In this document: positions 52,023-61,294 of the stretch, in pieces | Layout: each line of letters opens with the position of its first letter | Position numbering within the stretch: position 1 is the first letter of the stretch | Source: Dehalococcoidia bacterium | GTDB lineage: Bacteria > Chloroflexota > Dehalococcoidia > Lucifugimonadales > VXLM01 | Assembly: GCA_963662435.1 (NCBI GenBank) | Contig: OY759598.1 | Location: 3,132,507 to 3,196,506, forward strand | Direction: 5' to 3' | DNA: 64,000 nucleotides | The notes under the pieces: model-generated | What the model was told of the DNA's origin: nothing | The model's input: the letters and a program-made list of their open reading frames with translations, nothing else | Database searches by the model: none | Position numbers and translations under genes: made by a program

Positions 52023-54631
52023 ATGGCACGCATCTTCGTATGTGCGCCGCGTCACGCGGCATAGGATACCCAACTCAGTTGGGATGAACTCGGAGAAAGT
52101 TCATGGGTCAACCGACCTACCTGGAGGCGAAAGCCGAAGGGGACAATAGCATGTCGGTAAAGCGGCTACGACCCCGAAAGCGTTGTAAGGACGGTTCCGC
52201 AAGACCCGCGCGATATGGTGAAAGCTACACTGCCTGAACCCCAGTTCCCGGAAGGTGTTCGATGCTGCCCGCCGGTAGAACGCTTGTAACCCGACGCCAC
52301 TCATTGCACTGGTTCGTAAACGAGACCGAAGCAACTCCGATGAGTGGGCGATGACCAATGAGGTCATTCAAGGGAACGAACGGGGCACCTACAGTCGCGC
52401 TAGACACGTCCTATGTTGACGGAACGCGGGATTGCCTACGGGGCGCGAGCCCTATGGCAACGGAGCCCTCATAGTAGTCCGAGGCGGGGAAAGCCCGGCA
52501 CATGGCGAAGGAGGGCAGGTGGTTTTCGACGGAATACGACAGGGAGGTATGCAGAATGCAAGAAGCCGAAACTGTACTGAACGTCATACGCGAACGCGGA
52601 GAACGAGGATTGCCGCTGGAGAACATCTATCGGCTGCTCTACAACCGGAACTTGTACCTGCGGGCCTACGGTCATATCTACTCAAACCAGGGAGCTATGA
52701 CCAAGGGCATCACCGCAGAAACCGTGGACGGAATGTCACTGGCAAAAATCGACCGCATCATCGACGACCTACGTCACGAGCGGTATCGGTGGACGCCGGT
52801 GCGACGGGTCAACATACCCAAGCCTAACGGCAAGACCCGCGCCCTGGGCATACCGACATGGCCGGACAAGATGCTGCAAGAGGTCATCCGGATGATTCTG
52901 GAAGCGTACTACGAACCGCAGTTTTCCGACCACTCCCACGGCTTTCGACCCAACCGGGGCTGTCACACCGCCTTGAGCGAGGTGACATGCACCTGGACGG
53001 GCACACGCTGGTTCGTCGAGGGAGACATCAAAGGGTGCTTTGACAACATCGACCACGATGTCCTGTTGTCGGTGCTCGGCGAGAAGCTCCACGACAACCG
53101 ATTCCTGCGCCTGCTCAAGTATCTACTGAAAGCAGGCTTCGTCGAGGATTGGAAGTATGGCCGGACGCAGAGCGGAACACCGCAAGGCGGAATCGTCAGC
53201 CCCATCCTCGCCAACGTTTACCTAGACCGGTTGGACAAGTACGTCGAGACGATGCTGATTCCAGCAAACACCCGAGGCAAAATGCGAAGCGTCAACCCCG
53301 AATGGGCGAGACTGCAACGCCGAGTGACGGCCCAGCGGAAATTGGGGAATCACCGACTGGCAAAGACGCTGCGTCGCCAGATGCAGCAACTACCGTCGGG
53401 AGTCACCCATGACCCAGGCTACCGCAGGCTTCGCTATGTCCGCTACGCGGACGACTTCGTGTTGGGCTTCATCGGGCCAAAGGCCGAAGCCGGGCAGATA
53501 AGAGAATCCCTGGAGACATTCCTGAGCAACACGCTCAAATTGGAGCTATCCAAGGAAAAGACTCTCATTACCCACGCCACCAGCCAGGCGGCGCGGTTCC
53601 TCGGCTACGAGCTTGCTAACCAGCGCGCCAACGATCAACTCGATCCTAACGGGACGAGAAGGGTCAATGGTCGCATCGGTCTGCGAGTTCCCGCCAAATT
53701 CGTCGAACAACATTGCAAAGCCTACATGCGAAACGGCAAACCGACACACCGCAACGAACTGATAAACGATGAGGACTTCACCATCGTGGACCGGTATCAA
53801 GCGGAGTTTCGGGGCGTAGTCCAGTACTACGCTCTGGCCCAGAACGTCTCCCACTTTGGAAGACTCCAATGGGTCATGGCACAGTCGCTGGCGATGACCC
53901 TTGCCGCCAAGCATAAGACCACCCGTAAGCAAGCTATACAGAGGTACCGGAGTACCACGCAAACCGAACATGGGGAGCGGGCTTGCCTCAAGGTGGACGA
54001 GAAACAGGGCGAAGGGAAACGCCCAAAGGTGGCGCAGTTCGGTGGCATACCCCTGAAGCGGAACCGGCAGGCCATCCTCGTAGACCGGCAGCCCCAGCGA
54101 TACAGGACTGAACGCAACGAGCTTGTAAAACGGCTCCTAGCTGACGAATGCGAGTTGTGCGGGTCAACGGTGGACGTTGAAGTTCACCACATCCGCGCCC
54201 TTCGCGACCTGAACGTGAAAGGCCAACCGGAAAAGCCCAAGTGGGTACAAATCATGGCGGCGAGACGGCGCAAGACTCTTGTGGTCTGCCGTCCTTGCCA
54301 CCTGAACGCCCACGACGGCAGTTGGAAACCGCGCAAGCAGACTTAACCACTGAGAGAGCCGGATGACGCGAAAGTGTCACGTCCGGTTCGTAGGGGGGCC
54401 GACGGAAAAGTGCTCCGGGCAACCGGAATAACTCGCCGCCGGCCTACCCGACACGACGACCGCGAGTTCCCCGATCCCGACCCGGAGATGAGCGTCGACC
54501 AGGTGAAGGCGACTCTGAGCGACTTCTACGGGGAGATCGCCAACGCCTCGGTGAAGGAGACCAAGAGGGGCGACGACACCGTCTACGAGTTCCAGCGGCG
54601 GGTGGGCACCAAGGGCGCCTTCACCCGGTAA
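52023..54631 (+). CDS. Prokaryotic ubiquitin-like protein (PRTRC protein C type), intron-split: join(52023..52041,54453..54631), 65 aa
   Basis: AAGGAG RBS. Splicing GTA T|AC GAC gives MARIFVYDDREFPDPDPEMSVDQVKATLSDFYGEIANASVKETKRGDDTVYEFQRRVGTKGAFTR. Exons total 19+179=198 nt. Confidence 0.88.
52042..54452 (+). mobile_element. Group IIA intron 2 (2411 nt)
   Basis: 5' GTGCG, DV GAGCCGGATGACGCGAAAGTGTCACGTCCGGTTC and 3' end CCTACCCGAC. Confidence 0.95.
52556..54346 (+). CDS. ltrA: Group II intron RT/maturase/HNH endonuclease
   Basis: YVRYADDF, PQGG and C-terminal CELC...HH...CRPCH. Confidence 0.96.
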   Translation: MQEAETVLNVIRERGERGLPLENIYRLLYNRNLYLRAYGHIYSNQGAMTKGITAETVDGMSLAKIDRIIDDLRHERYRWTPVRRVNIPKPNGKTRALGIPTWPDKMLQEVIRMILEAYYEPQFSDHSHGFRPNRGCHTALSEVTCTWTGTRWFVEGDIKGCFDNIDHDVLLSVLGEKLHDNRFLRLLKYLLKAGFVEDWKYGRTQSGTPQGGIVSPILANVYLDRLDKYVETMLIPANTRGKMRSVNPEWARLQRRVTAQRKLGNHRLAKTLRRQMQQLPSGVTHDPGYRRLRYVRYADDFVLGFIGPKAEAGQIRESLETFLSNTLKLELSKEKTLITHATSQAARFLGYELANQRANDQLDPNGTRRVNGRIGLRVPAKFVEQHCKAYMRNGKPTHRNELINDEDFTIVDRYQAEFRGVVQYYALAQNVSHFGRLQWVMAQSLAMTLAAKHKTTRKQAIQRYRSTTQTEHGERACLKVDEKQGEGKRPKVAQFGGIPLKRNRQAILVDRQPQRYRTERNELVKRLLADECELCGSTVDVEVHHIRALRDLNVKGQPEKPKWVQIMAARRRKTLVVCRPCHLNAHDGSWKPRKQT

Positions 54632-54643
54632 GGAGGGTATCCG

Positions 54644-54874
54644 ATGGACAACCGGACCTTCGCGGGCCTGCTGGCGGCGACCCCGCCGGCGGGCCTCAGA
54701 GTCATCGAGCTCACGGCGGAGCTCATACGGCCCGACGGCTACTTCGACCTGGACGCCGCGGCCGCACGACAGCCGGATGTCGAAATGGCCTGCGCCCAGG
54801 CGCAGGACTACGCCGCCGCCACGGGGCGGCTGCTGGAGGCAATGCGATGGAAGCTGCTACGCCGGCGCTCCTGA
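54644..54874 (+). CDS. Small hypothetical protein in Ubl cassette
   Basis: AAGGAGG RBS overlaps the Ubl stop. 76 aa. Confidence 0.65.
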   Translation: MDNRTFAGLLAATPPAGLRVIELTAELIRPDGYFDLDAAAARQPDVEMACAQAQDYAAATGRLLEAMRWKLLRRRS

Positions 54875-55472
54875 GCGGTCTTTCGCAACTGCTCTTGCGG
54901 CGTCCGCCGTCGCTGCGGGAGCTTGTGATGCTGGTCGGCTACGCCGACGACTACGCCTGGTTCGCGGGGCTGGTGCGCCGCCTCTTTCCCGAAGAGGCGG
55001 AGGCGGCGCTGACGGCCCCCGACCTGCGCACGAGGGTGGAGCGTTTCGCCAATCTCTTCGGAGACCGGCACTTCCCCCTCTACGCGCCGGTAATCGAGTT
55101 CTGGACGGAGGATGGGGACGATCCCCCGTGGTCATGGCTGAGGCGGGGCATCCCCTTCGACCTGATGGGCTTCGGCTACGACGGCCTCTACGAGATGTGG
55201 GACGGCTACCGGGAGGGCCTCTCGGCCCTGGCCCTGCTGGGTCAGGACCTCGGACGCCTTCTACGACGGCCCCGACGGGCTGCGGACGGCCTGGCTGGAA
55301 TCGGCCGCCGGGCGCATCCCGCAGGAAACCCTCCAACGGCTTCCCCAAGGCGGCGTGCCGGTCGAGACCCTCACCGAGGCGGTGAAGGATACCCGGTTCG
55401 AGGGGGCGGCCAAGGCCGCCGCCTGGGTCTTCGCAGAGACCGGCAACTTCTTCCTCGACCACTGCTACGAGG

Positions 55473-57880
55473 GTGCGCCGCGTCACGCGGCATAGGATTC
55501 CCGACCTAATCGGGAGAGATTCGGAGAACATCTTTGGGCCAACCGACCAACCTGGAAGCGAGAGCCGAAGGGGACAGTAGCATGTCGGTAAAGCGGCTAC
55601 GGTCTGAAAGCGTTGTAAGACCGGTTCCGCAAGGCCCGCGCGATACGGTGAAAGCTGGATTGCCTGAACCCCAGTTCCCAGACGGTGTATGCGTGTCACC
55701 CGCCGGTAGAACGCTTGTAACCCGGCGCCATCCATTGCACTGGTCGGTCTTCGTGGCCGGTGCATCTCCGATGGGTGGGCGATGACCAATGAGGTCTATT
55801 CAAGGGGACGAACGGGGCACCTACAGTCGCGCTATCACGTCCTATGTCAACGGAACGCGGGATGGCCTACGGGGGGAGACCCCTATGGTCACGGAGCCTC
55901 CATAGTAGTCCGAGCCGGGGAAAGCCCGGCACATGGCGAAGGGAGGCAGGTGGTTACGACGAAACATGAAAGTGAGGTACTCGTGATGAGAACCGCCGAA
56001 ACTGTACTGAACGTCATCCGCGATCGCGGAACACGAGGATTGCCGCTGGAGGACATCTATCGGCAACTGTACAACCGGAACCTGTACCTGCGGGCCTACG
56101 GTCGTCTCTACTCAAACCAGGGAGCGATGACCAAGGGAACCACCACAGAGACCGTGGACGGTATGTCACTGGCGAAAATCGACCGCATCATCGAAGAGCT
56201 TCGTTATGAGCGGTTCCGGTGGACGCCGGTGCGACGGGTCAACCTTCCCAAACCTAATGGGGGAACCCGTCCCCTGGGCATACCGACGTGGACGGACAAG
56301 CTGCTGCAAGAGGTCATCCGGATGATTCTGGAAGCCTACTACGAGCCGCAGTTCTCAGACCATTCCCACGGCTTTCGGCCCGACCGAGGATGCCACACCG
56401 CACTAAATGATGTGGTCACCCACTGGACCGGTGTCCGCTGGTTCGTCGAGGGAGACATCAAGGGGTGCTTCGACAACATCGACCACGATGTCCTGTTGTC
56501 GGTGCTCGGAGAGAAGCTCCACGACAACCGATTCCTGCGCCTGCTCAAGTACTTGCTGAAGGCAGGCTACCTTGAGGATTGGAAGTATGGCCGAACGCTG
56601 AGTGGTACGCCGCAAGGCGGAGTGGTCAGTCCCATCCTCGCCAACATCTACCTAGACCGGTTGGACAAGTACGTCGAAACGGTGCTGATTCCAGCACACA
56701 CCCGTGGCACAGCTCGAAAATACAATCGTCAGTGGGCAAACCTAAAGAGCAAGTCGGCCTACTACCGGAAAGTCGGGGATCACGAGAAGGCAACCGCACT
56801 GCGCAAGCAGATGCAACAGCTACCCTCGGTTGACCCCTTCGACCCGGACTACCGGCGGCTCCGGTACGTTCGCTACGCTGACGACTTCGTGCTGGGCTTC
56901 ATCGGATCAAAGGCCGAAGCCGGGCAGATAAAGGAGTCCCTGGAGACGTTCCTGCACGACACGCTCAAACTGGAGCTATCTAGGGAAAAGACTCTCATAA
57001 CCCACGCCACCAGCCAGGCGGCGAGGTTCCTCGGCTACGAACTCGTAAACCAGCAGGCCAACGACAAGCACGACCACACCGGACGGCGCAAAGTCAATGG
57101 CCGCCTCGGCTTACGAGTTCCCGCCAAAGTCATCGAGCAACACTGCCAAGCCTACATGGACAACGGCAAACCGGCACACCGCAAATTCCTGCTGGACGAT
57201 GATGACTACACCATCATCAACCGGTATCAAGCGGAGTTCCGGGGCATCGTCCAGTACTACATGCTGGCCTCCAACGTCTCCCACTTCGGGAGGCTGCAAT
57301 GGGTCATGCAGCAGTCGCTGGCGAAAACCCTGGCATACAAGCACAAGACTCCACGCCGCAAGCTGATACGGCGCTACAAGAGCACTGTACAGACTGAGCA
57401 TGGGGAACGCGCTTGCCTCCAGGTCGTAGTACAGCGGGGCGATGGGAAACGCCCACTGGTGGCACGGTTCGGTGGCATACCCCTGAAGCGGAAACGGCAG
57501 GCAGTTCTCACCGACCAACAGCCTCAACGGTACAGGTTCTTCCGCAACGAGCTCATAACACGGCTCCTAGCGGGGGAATGCGAAATGTGCGGAACAACGG
57601 TGGGCATCGAAGTCCATCACATCCGCGCCCTAAGCGACCTGAACGTGCAGGGCCAAGGTGAAAAGCCTACGTGGGCCCAGTTCATGGCGACTAGGCGGCG
57701 CAAGACCCTAGTGGTCTGTCGCCCATGTCACCTGACCGCCCACGGGGGCGATTGGCAACCGCGACAACAGAAATAACCACTGGAGAGCCGGATGCGCTGA
57801 AAGGTGCACGTCCGGTTCGGAGGGGGCCGACGGAAAAGTGCCCTGAGCAATCAGGGTAACTCGCCGGCGGCCTACCCTAC
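55473..57880 (+). mobile_element. Group IIA intron 3 (2408 nt)
   Basis: 5' GTGCG, DV GAGCCGGATGCGCTGAAAGGTGCACGTCCGGTTC and 3' end CCTACCCTAC. Confidence 0.95.
55986..57776 (+). CDS. ltrA: Group II intron RT/maturase/HNH endonuclease
   Basis: YVRYADDF, PQGG and C-terminal CEMC...HH...CRPCH. Confidence 0.96.
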   Translation: MRTAETVLNVIRDRGTRGLPLEDIYRQLYNRNLYLRAYGRLYSNQGAMTKGTTTETVDGMSLAKIDRIIEELRYERFRWTPVRRVNLPKPNGGTRPLGIPTWTDKLLQEVIRMILEAYYEPQFSDHSHGFRPDRGCHTALNDVVTHWTGVRWFVEGDIKGCFDNIDHDVLLSVLGEKLHDNRFLRLLKYLLKAGYLEDWKYGRTLSGTPQGGVVSPILANIYLDRLDKYVETVLIPAHTRGTARKYNRQWANLKSKSAYYRKVGDHEKATALRKQMQQLPSVDPFDPDYRRLRYVRYADDFVLGFIGSKAEAGQIKESLETFLHDTLKLELSREKTLITHATSQAARFLGYELVNQQANDKHDHTGRRKVNGRLGLRVPAKVIEQHCQAYMDNGKPAHRKFLLDDDDYTIINRYQAEFRGIVQYYMLASNVSHFGRLQWVMQQSLAKTLAYKHKTPRRKLIRRYKSTVQTEHGERACLQVVVQRGDGKRPLVARFGGIPLKRKRQAVLTDQQPQRYRFFRNELITRLLAGECEMCGTTVGIEVHHIRALSDLNVQGQGEKPTWAQFMATRRRKTLVVCRPCHLTAHGGDWQPRQQK

Positions 57881-58096
57881 ACGGCAACTATGACGGGTTC
57901 TGCGACCCCTGGGACGACGAGATCATCGCCGATGGCACGGAGGAGTGGCGCAAGGCCAGCGCCCTGATGGACTCGGTCTGCACGCTGGCCGACTGGCTGG
58001 AAGAGGACCTTCCGGCCCGCTTCGCCGAGATGCTGGACGACGTCCTGCCCCGTATCCCGGAGCACCAACAAGAACAAGGAAAGCAGGACGACGACC

Positions 58097-58801
58097 ATGA
58101 CCAACGACGCTGAAAGGACGGAGTGGTCCCTGCCGGGCGCGACTGACGTGCCCAGGGACGCGCTGAAGACGCAGCTCGAAGTCTACGGGGAGACCATTCT
58201 CCTGCGGGGCTTCGAGGGCGACGCCGACTGGGTGAGGACCGTCTCGGCGGACGAGATCGCCAACGTGTTCACCCAACACCTGGGGTTCTCCTCGGGGCTC
58301 TTGCCCCGGGACGCTCTCTGGTGGAACCAGGGCGAGACCGGGCAGATGGTGGCCCTCTGGAGGCCGCCACTGATCTGGTCGGTGGCCCTGCAACGGGAGG
58401 CTTTCAAGCCCCCTGCCCGGCTCCGGCTGCCCATGCCGGGGCTGGTCTTCGTCTGCTCGCCGGGCCGCGCCCCCTGGGTCTACGCCGCCCTGAGCAGGCC
58501 GTCCGACCCCGACCAGCCTCTCTACCGGATGCCCGCCTTCAACGTCTTTCGCGACGGGCGGGTCTGCCCCGGAAGCCACACGTTCCCCGAGCAGGTGTCC
58601 CTGATACCGGAGTCATTCTTCCAGTCCTTCTTCTCCGGCACCGGCGACACCAAGGACCGCTCGAAGAAACACCCCGACAACCTGCACGCCCTATGGGAGG
58701 AGTTGGATGGAAAGAGTGAGTACCCGGTTGAGGACCTTGTTCCCCAGTGCACCGTGGCCCAGGCTATGGCGGTCTCCGAGGGCAGACTTGGCTACCGCTA
58801 G
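58097..58801 (+). CDS. Prokaryotic E2-like protein (PRTRC protein B type)
   Basis: LWRPP, PMPGLVF, LYRMPAFNVFRDGRVCPG (candidate catalytic Cys) and FFQSFF. Confidence 0.8.
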   Translation: MTNDAERTEWSLPGATDVPRDALKTQLEVYGETILLRGFEGDADWVRTVSADEIANVFTQHLGFSSGLLPRDALWWNQGETGQMVALWRPPLIWSVALQREAFKPPARLRLPMPGLVFVCSPGRAPWVYAALSRPSDPDQPLYRMPAFNVFRDGRVCPGSHTFPEQVSLIPESFFQSFFSGTGDTKDRSKKHPDNLHALWEELDGKSEYPVEDLVPQCTVAQAMAVSEGRLGYR

Positions 58802-59495
58802 CGCCGGTCCCGACCTCGGCAGCCCGTCGACGCCAGTCGGCTACCTCGTGAACCACCACGGCGGGCTGGCCGGAGTCCAGGGGATCGGCTACGACTACGT
58901 GCTCGGAGCGGGCGGCCTCTACGTCCAGTCCGAAAGCGCACACCTGACGGCGCGGGTGCCGGTCGCTCCCTGCACGGTGCGTGGGCTCGCTCCCGTGGCA
59001 GGGAAGGTGGAGCTTGCCCACGGCCCCATCCCGGCCCGCCTCTTCGAGATCGGGCTGCGCTGGTTCCGGGACGACCCGCACACCGAGCGGTTCTTCGCCG
59101 TCAGGTGGGACGGGCGCTCCTACCGGCTGGTGTTGCCCGAACAGGAGGGGACGGCCTCGTCCCTCGAATACACGCCCCCCGCAAGGGTGGAGGCCGAGTT
59201 CCACTCCCACGGAAGCTCCCGCGCCTTCTTCTCGGCCACCGACGACGGCGACGAGCAGGGCTTCCACATCTACGGCGTCGCCGGACGCCTCGACACAGAC
59301 CGGCCCGAGCTGAGCCTCAGAGTCGGCGTTTACGGCCACTTCGCCCCGGTGGAGTGGTCGCAGGTCTTCGACGGCCCGCAGCCGGGTCTCCGGCTGGTGG
59401 GCAAGGAGACGGATTCAACCAAGACAAGAGACGAGGAGGTGATCGAATGCCCTACCACCTGGACAACGCTTTTCTGCTGGACAACCCCTGGATAA
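58788..59495 (+). CDS. JAB/MPN metalloprotease (PRTRC protein A type)
   Basis: E...FHSHGSSRAFFSATDDGDE...LRVGVYGHF. TTG start inferred. Confidence 0.85.
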   Translation: MATASAGPDLGSPSTPVGYLVNHHGGLAGVQGIGYDYVLGAGGLYVQSESAHLTARVPVAPCTVRGLAPVAGKVELAHGPIPARLFEIGLRWFRDDPHTERFFAVRWDGRSYRLVLPEQEGTASSLEYTPPARVEAEFHSHGSSRAFFSATDDGDEQGFHIYGVAGRLDTDRPELSLRVGVYGHFAPVEWSQVFDGPQPGLRLVGKETDSTKTRDEEVIECPTTWTTLFCWTTPG

Positions 59496-60268
59496 CCGTG
59501 GTCGGCACCGGCGGCACCGGCGGCTTCGTCGCCGAGGGACTCTGTCGACTATTCCAGGGACGGGAGGCCGCCATCGTCCTGGTCGACCACGACCGGGTGG
59601 AACCCCACAACCTGCTCCGTCAGAACTTCTACGCAGGAGACGTGGGCCGCTTCAAAAGCCAGGCCCTGGCCGACCGGCTGGCCAAAGCCTACAACCGGCC
59701 CGTGGGCTACTCGGTGTATCCCTTCCGGGAGTACGAGTCCCAACCCCACGGGCACGGCTACCCCGGCATCCCCAGCTACGGAGGCAACCTCATCATCGGC
59801 TGCGCCGACAACGCCGCCGCACGCAGGGCCATGGCCGAGTGCCTGCCGGGAGACTCGCAGCGCTGGCTCATCGACGCTGGCAACGACACCAACTGGGGCC
59901 AGGTGCTCGTCGGCAACGTGGCCCAGCGGGTGGACTTGGAGGAACTCCCCTTTACTGGGGAGACCTGTCACCTGGCCCCTGCGCCTACGCTCCAGCGGCC
60001 CGACCTGCTGACGGCCGTGTCGACCAGGCCGCCCGACGTGGATTGCGCCGCCGCCCTCGACCTCACCGACCAGGACCCCACTATCAACCAGATGATGGCC
60101 TCACTGGTGCTCCAGGTGGTGCGCCGCATGGTGGCGAGGACCTGCCCCTTCATGGCCCTCTACCTGGACATGGACCTGGGCACGGTCAACCCCACCTACG
60201 TCACCCCGAAGGCGGTGGAGCGGCTGGTGGGAGACCCCGACTCCGACCCGGAAGACCGGGCGAGCTGA
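59447..60268 (+). CDS. ThiF/E1-like adenylyltransferase
   Basis: VVGTGGTGG, DHDRVEPHNLLRQ, GCADN, DAGN...GQV and DCA...Q..IN. GAGGAGGT RBS. Confidence 0.9.
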   Translation: MPYHLDNAFLLDNPWITVVGTGGTGGFVAEGLCRLFQGREAAIVLVDHDRVEPHNLLRQNFYAGDVGRFKSQALADRLAKAYNRPVGYSVYPFREYESQPHGHGYPGIPSYGGNLIIGCADNAAARRAMAECLPGDSQRWLIDAGNDTNWGQVLVGNVAQRVDLEELPFTGETCHLAPAPTLQRPDLLTAVSTRPPDVDCAAALDLTDQDPTINQMMASLVLQVVRRMVARTCPFMALYLDMDLGTVNPTYVTPKAVERLVGDPDSDPEDRAS

Positions 60269-60348
60269 CGCACCGCAGGGGGGCGCTGTCGCCTCGGCAA
60301 CCGGCGCACGTGAATCCATCCAAGAAACGAAACCAGAAGGGAGAAACC

Positions 60349-60744
60349 ATGCCTGACAAGAACGGAACCACCACGACCACGACGATGTGGCAGGACAATC
60401 ACAGCAAGCTGCGCAGGCACAAGCTGATGACGAAGGAGTTCGGGGAGAAGATTCCCGCCCTCTACGCCAACGAGAACGTCAAGAACACCGACGACGTGGT
60501 GGCCCACGCGAAGCTGTTCTGCCCCTACAACGGCTGGCGCTGGTACATCACCGAATGGGACTCCAGGACCGGAACATGCTTCGGCCTCGTCGAGGGGTTT
60601 GAGACGGAGTTGGGGTACTTCGAGCTGACCGAGCTGGCGGAGACGACGGTATTCGGAAGCGTCCCCGCCATCGAGCGCGACCTCTACTGGAAGCCGAAGA
60701 CCATCGGCGAGATCAGGAGAGAGACGTCGAGGATGGCGGCCTAG
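60349..60744 (+). CDS. DUF2958-like protein
   Basis: IPALYANE, KLFCPYNGWRWYITE, FGLVEGFETELGYF.L.EL and IERDLYW. Confidence 0.75.
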   Translation: MPDKNGTTTTTTMWQDNHSKLRRHKLMTKEFGEKIPALYANENVKNTDDVVAHAKLFCPYNGWRWYITEWDSRTGTCFGLVEGFETELGYFELTELAETTVFGSVPAIERDLYWKPKTIGEIRRETSRMAA

Positions 60745-60796
60745 CGACCGGCGTGCGGGAACACGGCCAGAGCATATACAAGGAAAGGAGAAGACC

Positions 60797-61294
60797 ATGC
60801 CAGACGATATCGGAACGGAAACAACCCGCCCGGACACTCCGAGCGCAGAGAAGAGCATCTTCGGAGACGCGGCTGACAAGGCGGACGACACGCCCGCCGC
60901 GGTCGTCGAGGAGGAGGACACCAACGAGGAAACCGAACAGGACGCGCAGGGCGCTGCCGACGCCGAGGCGGAGACCGGCGCAGCGGAGGAGCTGAAGGTC
61001 GTCGTCTCCATCAAGGGCGGCAGGGCCACCATCGGGGTGCAGAGGCCCTCGTCGGACCCGCACATCGAGACCTTCGACGACGCGGACCTGCCGGAGCTTG
61101 CGCAAGAGGTCGCAGCGGTGACCGACAGGGCCAGAGCCAGGTGGGAGGTGTCTCCCAAGCATCCGGCCTACGAACGGCCCGCTCCCCCGGCCCGGCGTCG
61201 CAACCGGCGCCAGCAGGGGGCGGCGCAGAACGCAGCCGCCGAGGGCGAGGCAGCCCCGGCCCAGGAGCCACAGCAGACGCTAAGGCTGTTATAG
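60797..61294 (+). CDS. Acidic hypothetical protein
   Basis: AAGGAG RBS. Last gene of the plus-strand arm. Confidence 0.65.
   Translation: MPDDIGTETTRPDTPSAEKSIFGDAADKADDTPAAVVEEEDTNEETEQDAQGAADAEAETGAAEELKVVVSIKGGRATIGVQRPSSDPHIETFDDADLPELAQEVAAVTDRARARWEVSPKHPAYERPAPPARRRNRRQQGAAQNAAAEGEAAPAQEPQQTLRLL

Larger units (their letters stand above)
54847..58113 (+). pseudogene. Ubl-cassette gene split by intron 3, with a +1 frameshift near 55240: join(54847..55472,57881..58113)
   Basis: Splicing GAG G|AC GGC gives ...NFFLDHCYEDGNYDGFCDPWDDEII... Exons total 859 nt (3n+1). Removing one G from GGG 55239-55241 gives a 285-aa ORF whose stop overlaps the next gene. Confidence 0.75.

Noticed and set aside
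42324..57776. RTs as retron, DGR or defence-associated reverse transcriptases
   Set aside because: Each has maturase and HNH domains and lies within a full group II ribozyme with splice-restorable exons. No template/variable repeat pair was seen.
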